A stretch of 64,000 nt of DNA. It comes from Hydrolagus affinis. Taxonomy: Eukaryota. This document shows, piece after piece, positions 1 through 33,872 of this stretch; positions within the stretch are counted from its first letter, which is position 1, and each line of letters opens with the position of its first letter. The stretch is from the NCBI GenBank assembly GCA_012026655.1, contig JAAILG010000088.1, positions 1 to 64,000 on the forward strand. The letters are read 5' to 3'. Below the pieces are notes generated by a model that saw only the letters and a program-made list of their open reading frames with translations, was not told where the DNA came from and did not search any database. The position numbers and the translations under genes are program-made.

Positions 1-127
1 CATATCGATTTTTACCTCGATATATCGTTTTTTCGATTTATCGATATTTTTAAAATCACCATATCGGCATATCGATTTGAAAATCATATCGGGTTTTAGC
101 GATATATCGAAAAATCGACGTTCCCTA
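1..127. mobile_element. Right end of a hAT-like non-autonomous DNA transposon (cut by window start)
   Basis: Dense subterminal ATATCG/CGATAT repeats, CpG-rich in an otherwise CpG-poor region. Ends in ...gacgttCCCTA (TAGGG terminus on the - strand), typical of hAT elements. The left end and TSD lie outside the window. Confidence 0.55.
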
Positions 128-3000
128 CCTCACAGTATTTCCATCTGTAATGTTGCAATACATAAATGTACTTGGTCCATCACCTTAATTCTTCTAGTAT
201 TTCTGCCTAAGTGGTTCCATATTTCTGATGGCCTTCATTTTTTTTTAATGATTTCTGTTGTGATAGCCACAGGAATTTTGCAGCTGCATCCTGAATGAAA
301 TGGCAGTGAAATGAAAGTATAAACAATGCTTTAGTTCATATTACTCAATCACAATATGGCGCCATAACTGCAAATTTGAGCTTCCCCTAACATCTTCCAG
401 TTTTAGATATTTGCAAGTTTCCCTTTTGAAAGAAATCTACAATTTCTGTTTAAATTGTTTATTCTACAAGTCAGAAGTGCTTGCTTATCTTTTTGTTTAT
501 TTAATTTTTGCTATTTTTAAATTTGTGCCATTTATAGTCATGTGATCAATTGAGAGTTTCCTATTTTCATATTATCTACTTTTTATTATTTTAAAGCCAG
601 TTTCGTTTGATCTTTGCATTCAGAAACCATCCCATAAGTCCAGACATGAATGAGTTCAAAGGGTTGTCTTTCATGTCAGAAGGATATCCCAAAGTGCTTA
701 TAAAGTTAGTTATAAATTGTTCGTATGAACTCAAAGTTTTAAGTTACAAGTTGCTTCATGGAAATACGTCTGCAAGCTAGTGTGTAGAACCTAATAATTC
801 AGTTGATCTAAATAGAAAAATGCTGGTGCGGTTTATGTTGAGCTAAAATTGGTGTGATTTTGCATATCTTGCATTGCATCAATAAATACTAGTGGAACAA
901 GAGTGACTTCCATTATGTCTAAGTTGTATTTTCATTCTTCGTTGGACGTGATTTAATAAAAATTGATCTGCATTCAATAGCTCCCATAAGAGGTTACGTG
1001 CTGTCGGGTTATTTGAGGTGATGAAAGGGAGATATAACAAATGGAGAGGGAGATATAAAGTATGCATATCGGGAGGCAGTCATTTGAAATCAGACCGAAC
1101 TACAAAGGGTAGCTTGTACCATTAAAAATTTAGAGGCGACAAAAATAATTGAAATAAAAATAACCACTGTTTCTTGTGAGGCTTATACTGTGGAGCAGTA
1201 TTTTATTGGACTGAGGTGGGAGCATCATTACTGACAGCACAATGCTAGCTGACAGTGAGTACCAGTGCAGCCATGTGCAGGAACAATGAGCTTCAGAAGG
1301 TGTAACAAACCACCTGAGCACTGATTGGTTATCCCTATAGTAACTGTTGGTATAATGTCTGGCCCCCAACTTCTGGTACAGCATTTCTGAGAGTTGATAA
1401 CATGAGGCAGATCCGATTTTCACCTGGAGGTAGTATGTAACTATCCATATTAATAATAATAATCCTTGCATTTGATATAGCGCTTTTCACGTCTTCTAGA
1501 CGTGTGCCTTTGAAGAGATTTATGTTTTTCCTTTGTTAACGTTATGTATTTTGTGATTGTAAGAAGCTTGAAAGGAATTGCTTATGTTGTAATAATAAAT
1601 TTATACTGGAGGTTTTACGGAAAAACCTCGCTGAGAGATTCGCTGAAGATCATTTTACGCACAAAGCAAATGTAGTGTTGAAGATTGACGCTGCAGTGCC
1701 TGGTGACTGTGGAAAACATGCTTACAGGTCACCCCAATTTGACATCAACTATTCGGGCTTCAAATTAAATTGCGAACTGTAAATCCGTTTTTTTTTAAAG
1801 AAAATGCAGTTATGTGTTAGATTAGTAACTGATTCTAGTCTGTACTGCTGAAATGCTGAATACATTTGCTGTTTGAATTCAATACAGTTAACTACGGATA
1901 ATTTAAGCGTGGTTTAACTTGTCACTACCACTTAAATCAACCATGCTGTGAATATGATGGAGTGATGATGAGTTATCATTTTACTGTTTTTACCCATAGT
2001 GATTGCCACAGATATCATTAATGATTCTGTGTTACTTTTTAGAGCAGTTCTTTGGTAGCACTATCCTGTCCTAATATTGCAGCATTACAACTGTAACAAC
2101 TTGCAGTCACATAGCTCCCCTCATGTGGAGTCCCAGAGTGCTTTAAGTTCATTGATGTGTGATTCCAATCCACTGTTTTAGTTAATGGATCTAATTTTAC
2201 AGAAATGTAAATTGTGTATTCTGCGAAACATGGAGTGATTAGAAAATGAAAACAATATCACTTCCAGCAGTGATTTAGAAAAGGAAATATAAATAATTTT
2301 AGAGAGGAAATTGAATTGATTTGCAGTTGCTGTGTTTACTTTGCATGTTGGGAACAAAGTGTGCAAAGGTATTTGGAGATTTTATTATCTGAATGTTGGT
2401 TTGTATTGTGCCTGTTACCACTACGCTAATTGCTTAGAAAACCACACTATAATCAAATAGATCTTTGGTATTATCTTGATCTTGTTTCATTGTTTTAATG
2501 TCTCTTTGAAGGATTGGACATCCTACCTTCAAATGATCTAGAAAAGATTGGGAAAGTTCTTTTAACATCAAAGGGTCTTGAAGCATCCCAATATTTGCTA
2601 ACCTCTTTTGAGTGGAAATTTCCAGCAATTTCCTAGTCTAATCAAATTTTAGATCCAGTTATTCTGAAGCTGATTTTTTCAAAAAAAAAAGGCAGCTATT
2701 ACACCATATATTATAGTAATTGAGCATTTTAAAATTAGAGTAGTATCATTAATGTTAGAAAATTAAATCATTTTCCATTGTCAATTAGGAGGATGGTGTG
2801 CATATAGGTTCTGGAGGGGCGGCTAAACAATATAGATGAGGTTGAGTGCATTGTTTACATCTAGCTTTGGTATATTTTAATATTTTAAATTTTTCATCCT
2901 TTAGGTGCAGAAGTGAAGTAATATTGGTCTTTAGCAACGCAAGATTTACGACATTTTGGAGTTCAGATTTCAAGCTGCAAAGTTTTCTTCTTCTGCCAAC

Positions 3001-25593
<22,593 letters not shown>

Positions 25594-27940
25594 TCCTGTT
25601 GTCCCAACCCACCCCTTCAAATAGGAATGAACTTAAAACCATAATTACAACTCTTGAGACCAAATGCCACAGCAACATTTCTCAAATCTAGTACCATAGG
25701 ACTAATTAACCCTATAGAGTAAAGCATCACAATGTAAAATGAAGTTGTCCTGTACCAGAAACAGAATTTCCTTTGATTGTAGGTATTAATGTTTTATCTA
25801 GGGCAGGATTACTAAACCATTTGAAACAAAAGTAACCTGTTTATCTTTGTGTTTATTTATAATATTTTAAAATATTCAATCAGTAAATCGACCAGTGGAA
25901 CAAATTTCACACATTGTATATAACTACACGATGTCATGTGCCCACTAGTACAGCGCTGTCCTCACTTGACTTGTGGAAACGCTATGGTTTTATTTATTAT
26001 AAATTTATGCAATGTTGCAATTTGGTATGTTTTAATGTGTTGCTGGTCATGATCAATTGAAGGGTTTTCAGGAATTTCGAATGAAATTCCGTGACACTGA
26101 GGTTTTTCCACAAATGTTTGTAAATCAACTACACCTAAACCTGTTTTTATCTGTTTTGTGCATAGTGTTTCTTCTGTTTGTAAACTCATGTAAAAGTGAC
26201 TTTTGTCTAAATGAAGAAATAAGCAGAAACTGCTGTATATTTGAGTAAGGCTGGTTCGAGAAATTTTTGAATAGGCTTATGACATTTTTGCATCTGAGTT
26301 TGTTGGAACTTGATGACGTGCGGTGTGTAGACATTCACAGTCAGTTGAGGACGTATAGAATCTGTGTTACACAAGCAATGTCAGAACCCACGTAACAGTT
26401 TGATTCTTACTGTCAATGATTCGCAAAGGAATGTATGCGCTGTGCATAAAGCCGAGGTTCCACCCATGGTTGGAAATGAACTAAATTTGTTTCCTGTTGA
26501 AATAGGAAATGAAGGTGTCTGCATCTGGGGGAATGATAGTAGCATCTCTTTCACCTCCATTTTATCAAATACAAGAATTATTATATTATTATTAAACTGT
26601 CCATAAGCTTAGAACGGGAGTTATGATTTGGACTTTGCCCTCTGATGTTTGCAGTATATGTATTTGAGGTGGCAGAAATCAATAGGGTTAAGAGTGGAAT
26701 TTATGAGGGATATTTCCATAAACTGGCATTATTGAAATTAAATTCCAAAAGAAACACATGTCAAACAATGAAGGGTACACTCTCCCCACACTCTCCATGA
26801 TTTACCTTATTTACCTTGTCTCCCACCTATATGTGGGGAATTATTTGTATAACTGGAGCAATACAGCTAGGAAAAAGCAAGATATGTATATGTTAATAAA
26901 ATACCTGGAATGCACTGTACCTTTTGTCCTCCAAAATAAACTGCCAGGGGTTTTTGGGAACCCAAGCTTGTACTGATGATAAATGTACGACTACATCAAA
27001 AATCTTTGCGGTTTACAAAGATGAAATAGTCAACTACTTTTATAGTGAGAGTCACGTTTCTTATAAAAAAAATTAAAAAGTATAAATTCAAATTTTTAAC
27101 TGCCCATGGTTATCCTCTTGTCCGCTAATATGGTGAACTACTTTCTTCAGCTAATTCTCTACTACTAACGTTCACTTATAACTTTGCAACTGACTGGTAT
27201 GTTTGTACTAAATATGCTAGTCATAATTATTGCCATATTAAAAAAAATTGCCATGTGTACAAATGATTTGTGAAAATTACTTGTGAATGTTGGGAAATAG
27301 AACTCAAATCATGTTCTTTCCATTGCCAGGGGATGTGGAGGATTTGATAATACCTGAAAGTTTCAAAAGTTAGTCTTAACGCACTCAGTCGTGGTCAACA
27401 CAGCAGTAAGCTAGTTTATTTTTAGGGTAAAATTCTGTGGGAACACATTTGAATTTGATGGGGGAAAGATGAAAATATTTTACGTGAAATAATTTGAGCA
27501 TTAATTGTATTTTGTGCATGGCTTCAAAATGTCATCTGTTGGGGAGATACAAGGGGAGAGTTAAATGTACAATTGAGAAAAATGTGCATTACGGAACGGT
27601 TGTGGAAGACTTGCTTGCTAGTGAAAATTTGTTCTACTTCTATGTATTTTGACTACTGGTTATTTTAAGGAATTCTGGTGTTGATGTCTACATTAAATCT
27701 TATTCCCATTTAATGGTTCATTTCTATTTGTAAATACCTCTAGGATATTGTAAATTTGGTGGAAGTTGCTTTTGAATAGTCAACTGTTCAGTTAGTTACC
27801 TTAATTCATTATTTTACCATCGTGAATTTCAAGGCAAAATCTTGGAATTACATTTTACAGCAAGATCATTCTTAAGACTACTGTATAAACCACAATTACA
27901 AATATGTTCATTATTTATTTGGATTTGTTTCCTATTACAG

Positions 27941-27946
27941 AATAAA
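27941..27946 (+). terminator. Probable distal ACSL3 polyadenylation signal
   Basis: AATAAA at the end of an AU-rich 2.35 kb stretch with no recognisable repeats, followed by GU-rich tttgtggtttgcgtctctt. More proximal AATAAA hexamers occur near 26895 and 26935. Confidence 0.55.
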
Positions 27947-29448
27947 ACTAATTTGTGGTTTGCGTCTCTTGCTTTCAGGTACCCCTGTTTCAGTGAAATT
28001 CTGGTTACATAACTTTACAATTGTCCATTTCAGCCTCCGAATGCATGGATGTAGATATTATACATTTAATGACATCCTATCCAACACTCTTTTCCATGGT
28101 TGCCATTTTTTTAAATTTACAGTGGAACATTCAAATCTCATAATTTAGTCCTACACTAATTTGTGTCCCGTGCATGCAGGCGTATATAACCATACAGTAT
28201 ACACACCAATAGACAGAGTAACTAGTAGTAATTTGTGCTGTGTTTGACATGACATTTCTCACGCTAAAAAAAATCTGCGTTTGATGGTTGACTGTCGATT
28301 TAAATAATTTTCCAACAAGGCAAACATGTTTTGGACGGCAATTGCCACAATTATAATCTATACGTGCGATTTCATGGGCGTAGGGTGCAAGAGGTGATTT
28401 AAGATTTAGCCTCGGCAAGCAGGCGAAATCAATAATAAGATGAACAGTCTCAGAGTTGCCTTTCACTGTTTCATCAAGTTTGATGGAAATTGTTTCCAAT
28501 CCTCTCAGCCCCTGAAGCGCAATGCCAACAACAGGAATAAGCAGAGCAAATGACGTGGTCAGAATGTAATTGAATAAAGCTGAACACATCAGAGAGGAGG
28601 GAGTCTTGATTATTTCCAGGAAGAAAAAAAGTTATTTTCACAAACTTCAATCCCCCAAACTAAGAATTGAGAGCAGGCGTTCGACAATTTCCAATCATCG
28701 TGGAGCGAATGCCATAAGAATCTGCTTTAACATCCATTCAATCACTTTTGTATATTTTTAAGAGGAAAATGTGCGCTGGATTGTCTCGCACAATGGATCG
28801 TTAAGATAGTGGCATTTCCACCCAGATAATAATAATGATCTTGCATTTGATATAGTGCCTTATCACGTCTTAGACGTCTCAAATCGCTTCACAGAATATA
28901 CTGTGAACTAAATATTTTGTGAGTAAAACGCGGCAGCCAATCGCACACAGATAGGATTTTGAATCAGTTTCTTAAATTATCAGCAGCACAACTAAAATCA
29001 GACAAATTATTTTTCCTGTGTGAATGTTCCTCTCACAACTGGATATTTTACAGTTTCACAACCGGGAAACGACAACAAAATTACATTTATAGAGCGCCTT
29101 TCACGTCGGGAGGACGTCCCAAGGCACTGAACGGTGAGGTCAGGACCCAAGCAAGGGAGGCGTAGGGATGACATTTTCCAGTGGAATACTGAAGTGAAAT
29201 TTATCACCACATTGATAGTCAACAACAACAACTTCGATTTATATAGTGCCCTCCACGCTGGACGGCTTATCAGAGCGCTTCAGTCACTTCTTGTTGCTTT
29301 CAATTTGTCAGACTTGGGCTTGCAAAAAAAAAAACGACAAGATTCAACTGCATTATCCTAATAAAACATTGAACCATTTACAGTAGTCTTGTCTACTTTA
29401 GAGATGATGACATCAAAAATCAAGCGTCAACAGTATTAGAATCATATG

Positions 29449-29729
29449 GGAGTCCTGTAGCTCAGTTCGAGCACTCACAATGCAAGCAAGAGACCTTGGT
29501 TCGATTCTGGGTAGGACAAAACCTTGGACAAGTTTCCTTACTCCAACACAACTACTAATCCCTCCCAAAAAAATTGCTCATTTTGTGGGACACTGCTGAG
29601 CGCAATTGGCTGCCGCATTTCACCCACAAAAATACAGTCAATTCACTTTGCAGCATATTCTGTGAAGTGCTTTGAGACGTCTAGAAGATGTGAAAGGCGC
29701 TATATCAAATGCAAGGATTATTATTATTG
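29449..29729 (+). mobile_element. tRNA-derived SINE, near full length
   Basis: tRNA-like head, tgtgggacactgctg..caattggctgccgc core, L2-like tail, (ATT)n end. Confidence 0.85.
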
Positions 29730-30211
29730 CAACTGCTTGGACATCAGCAAAAAAAAACAAAAGGCATGTTTATTGTACGTGGTGATTAGAGCACTAGACT
29801 TAACAGAATATATTGGCTATACCAGAGCTGATAGGATGATATTCCAATGTTTCACTGGTAAAATATTTATGCTGGCAGCATTCCAATGTTGAGCAGGTCA
29901 AGGAAATGTTTCAGCCTGCTTTATACAAATGTAAAATGAAGGTATAAGTTAAGACACAACTATACTCACAATGATTATTAGCATCCCTCAGTGAGTTATA
30001 GAAAGTTTGAACTACTGAATATTTTGTACTTTGAACATGTGCATAGGTCTAAAGTTATCTCTATGCATCCTGCATGACAAACATCCTTTAATTGATTTAG
30101 AAAGAGGAAACACTTCAAAATTGATTCGTAAATCTCACATATCTTTCAATGCAGTAATAATATGCACTTATTATTAAAATATTGTTTTAATATTGTTTTA
30201 AAATATTGTTT

Positions 30212-30770
30212 TAATAATAATAATCCTTGCATTCGATATAGTGCTTTTCACATCTTCTAGACATTTCAAAGCGCTTCACAGAATATACTGTAAAGTGAAT
30301 TGACTGCGTATTTGTGGGCGAAACGCAGCAGCCAATTGTGCACAGCAGATTCCCACAACAGTCGTGGATTGAAATCACCAATTTTTTTTGGAGGGATTAT
30401 TATCAACAACAATAAAATTACATTTGTATAGCGCATTATGTCAGGAGGACGTCCCAAGGCGCTGGACAGATACTGCTTCAGAACCGAGCTGAGGACGGGG
30501 TGGGGAGGAGTTGCCGATGAATTCATCGAAGAGGAGAGTCTTGTGTCATGGTGTGTAGAGCAGGCCAGAACCTGCTGAACGGAGTGGGCGGGCAGGTTGG
30601 TAAGGGGATAGGAGGTCACGGATATAGGGTGGGGGGGCGAGATTGTGGAGGGCTTTAAATGTGAGGACCAGGATCAAGCGCGATCCTTGCATTTGATATA
30701 GTGCCTTATCACGTCTTCAAGACTAAAGTGCTTCACAGAATATACTGTAAAGTGAATCATCTGTATATGT
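30212..30770 (-). mobile_element. Cluster of SINE fragment, L2 3' fragment and SINE tail
   Basis: SINE at 30212-~30403, L2 at ~30405-30680 (starts with the (caa)n tail), SINE tail at ~30683-30770. Confidence 0.75.
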
Positions 30771-32070
30771 TGTGATTATTATGCTGATTCGAGGATTGCT
30801 TCATTATTGCTTTGATAGTCAGGAACATTAAATGGTTTTCATTGAATTAGTCATTGGCGCAGAAACAGTGAAACAGTTAATGTCAGAGAAACAGTTCCAA
30901 GAGTACGTGACTACAGTACTAGTTTAGGAACTCCCCCTCACCGTTCATCTTAACAAACGTGTCCTACATGTCCAACTTACGCCAATAAAAAGAAGTTCTC
31001 TTCAGGGTTTTTGGCACTGATGTGTTCCTCGAGCACAGTTTGTTTTGCAAGATAAGCCCATGATATACAAATATCAACTGACCTTTCAGTAATGACATTT
31101 TAATGTTTTAATTACCGAAAACCTATCATCTTTGCAGCTTTTCAGGACTTTTCAAAACACATTGTTGACTGGAAAGCTTTTGGGGAAAGGAGAATAAAAT
31201 TATTTGGCATTTGTAAACCTCCCAGCACCTTGGGACGTCCTCCCGATGTGAAACGCGCTGTACAAATGTAATTTTGTGGTTGTTTGGGGGGGTGAGGGGG
31301 TTCAGAAAAGCATGGTATTGACAGTAATAATAACAATAATAATCCTTGCATTTGAAATAGCACTTTTCACATCTTATCGACGTCTCAAAGCACTTCACAG
31401 AATATACTGGAAAGTGAATTTGACGGTATATTTGTTGGCGTATTTGTACAGTAGTACTGTACGAGATATTCATTCTGAAGGATGAAGGATTCTGGTAATA
31501 CAGTATTTGAACCCTGAACAGTCACTGTGAGAGACGTGCTGGTTTCAACACAGAAGTTAAAGGAACTTTTTGCTCTGGTTGCACAATACAGGACAACCAG
31601 ATGTAACAGTGCAGATGATGTAGACTTCAGTTCGATGTCTGGTATCATTTCCGCTGGCATTGAACTCAAAGACTCGACAATTGGATACATTTGATAAAGG
31701 CTTTCTAAAGCATCATATTCTATTATTATTATTTTAATTTGAACCAAGCGAAAGGTAAATCTTTATTCAATTGCCATTTCTGTGTTGTCAGTGGCAATGC
31801 ACACTTGACCGTTTTACATTTGAATTCTACATACACACAGCAGACAAAGCTTAACGTCAGTTAACCGCCAGATTTCTTTGTAGTGTTTGTTCCCCTTTGC
31901 AGTTGGAATTGTAAAAGAAGGGTTCATCCCACATCTGAAATGTTGCCAAATGTAAAAACTGATGCTGGCTATTTGTTTGACAGGAGGAGGTTGTATTAAC
32001 AAATCCACAAGCATTAAGTAGGTTTCAAAGACAACTCCCCTCGCTCAGCCCCTGATGGTACACTCCAGCA

Positions 32071-32232
32071 TTTATTTAAAGTCTCTGCAAGTACAAAGAA
32101 TGAGACAGATCACAGAGAATTGACAAGCACCCAAGACCTTCCATGTATTCATAAGTAATATTAAAAAAAAGTGTTTGCGTTGCCTGCATTCAAAAGACGC
32201 CTCAGACACGTTTTATTTCAAGAAAGCCACTG
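32071..32232 (+). promoter_or_regulatory. Putative KCNE4 TATA-like box and non-coding first exon
   Basis: TATTTAAA at 32073-32080, strong donor CTG|GTAAGT at 32233, acceptor ttctctttgatgtgttAG| at 32551-32552 (320-nt intron). Fits the known two-exon layout of KCNE4. Confidence 0.55.
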
Positions 32233-32619
32233 GTAAGTACATCACTTACACGATTTTCTCTGCAAGTCACTAATCCTGCTCCATTGCAGGGATTCATTCT
32301 ATGTATCTTTTCAAAGTTTCAACAACCAAGAGTGTGGTCCTCAAATATTTTCAGGACACAATCCAATTCTTAATATAAACGTAAATCTGGAATCTAGACT
32401 AACCACAACTGAATAAATGAGTCTAAAATCTAAAACACCTAAATAGATAAATCTGGTGGTGGATTTTAGAATCAAGTGAGTTTTAAGATGTATTAATTTG
32501 TTAACCATTTGGACACATTGCTCATGCTTGTTTGTTCTCTTTGATGTGTTAGGGTTGTGCGTGCCGAAGTTAATTCACTGACTGGTACCCAAGCCACAAC
32601 AGGTTTAAGAACTCAAAAG

Positions 32620-33045
32620 ATGGATAATTCAAACGAGACCAACATTGCTGAAATATCAACCGAGGCAGCACAGAGTGCAGACAGCCCGGGGGACAATGAG
32701 TATCTGTACATATTGATTGTCATGTGCTTCTACGGAATATTCCTCCTGGGGATAGTAGTGGGTTACTTAAGATCGAAGCGACATGAACGGAAAGGCGACT
32801 TGATGCTGTTGTACGATGACAGGGGAGAATGGGCTGGTCTCAAATCATCGCAGATGCCATTGGTGTTCAGCACATTACCTGAGAGCGTGGTGTCCTGCGC
32901 TATGTGTTCCATGGAGAGCAGCACCACCTCTGAGACAGCCCAGGACATTTATCTCACCATCGAAGAAGAGGAGACAGAAAGATCCACAAACTTGATTAAT
33001 GAGAACTCGGGCGGTTTCGACTACCAGCACCGAGCAGCCGAATGA
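32620..33045 (+). CDS. KCNE4: Potassium voltage-gated channel subfamily E regulatory subunit 4 (MiRP3), 141 aa
   Basis: aaaagATGG start, N-glycosylation sequon NET, single TM segment NEYLYILIVMCFYGIFLLGIVVGYLRSKR. The long acidic C-terminus with LMLLY, SCAMCSME and DIYLTIEEE matches KCNE4 (human LLLLY, SCTLCSME, DVHLTIQEE as recalled). Syntenic with ACSL3. Confidence 0.93.
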   Translation: MDNSNETNIAEISTEAAQSADSPGDNEYLYILIVMCFYGIFLLGIVVGYLRSKRHERKGDLMLLYDDRGEWAGLKSSQMPLVFSTLPESVVSCAMCSMESSTTSETAQDIYLTIEEEETERSTNLINENSGGFDYQHRAAE

Positions 33046-33866
33046 AAGCCGCCACTGATACTGTGAACCCAAATCTTTTTTTCCCCCAAACATTATTATA
33101 TTTAATGGTAATTTGATCACCCAGAAAGCAAGGAGCAGTTAAAACATACAACATTAATCTGGCTGGGTTGGTCAGAACCAAATTGACTGTCAGCTTTCCA
33201 AATACAGTACTCCAGCATTTCAATTCAAGATATTGGATTGAGTTCAGATTCAAGATGTAACAATGAATCTTCAATTCATTGATCAGTAAAATAATTAAAA
33301 CCTGCCCTTTCACATGTTTTAAGAAGGGCAGCTCTGCCGTTGCATTTTACTTGATGTTGTTTAATATGCAGACAGTATTTAATAGTAAATGGTAAATTCT
33401 CACATTAAATTGAATGCATCAATGTATGTAACCAAACCGGAGAGATACAGGCACTTTAGTAACCTGATGAAATGTTGAGATTTGGAAATACCCATGACCT
33501 TTGATTTGAAATAACTTATCTGCAAAATATTATTTTGCATTCTGAAATAGAAAAGTCTAAATGTTTTGCTGGGATTTTACACCTGTACAATATGTATAAA
33601 CTAGACCAATGGCGTATTCCACTCGAGGGTTAAGTTTCAAAGGCTGACATTTGGTAAAGTACAGTTTGAAACAGCCAAAAAAAAAAAATTATTGGCAACT
33701 AGCCTGGATTCACTTGAAAACAGTAAAACCTTCCAGATGAAACTGACGTCGAACTTTGTCAAAATTTCCATCTGTGCATCTAATAATTGTAAATAAGTTT
33801 GTGAGCAAAAAATAATGTAAATAGGTTAAGCTGTAAAATGTTTGTAAATATTTATTGGTGTATTTT

Positions 33867-33872
33867 ATTAAA
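33867..33872 (+). terminator. Probable KCNE4 polyadenylation signal (ATTAAA)
   Basis: ATTAAA preceded by several TGTA motifs and followed by GT-rich sequence. A second ATTAAA occurs near 33927. Confidence 0.45.

Noticed and set aside
1600-2640. Possible upstream non-coding ACSL3 exons (AG near 1610 and 2510)
   Set aside because: Acceptor-like sites lack convincing paired donors and cannot be supported without transcript data. The promoter is probably upstream of the window.
2956-3000. N-terminal extension like the longer human ACSL3 start
   Set aside because: The frame is open but has no upstream ATG; the ORF-track start is TTG. ATG 3001 has a good Kozak context.
28131-28589. 152-aa - strand ORF
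   Set aside because: No recognisable domain, a non-ATG start and no supporting exon structure.
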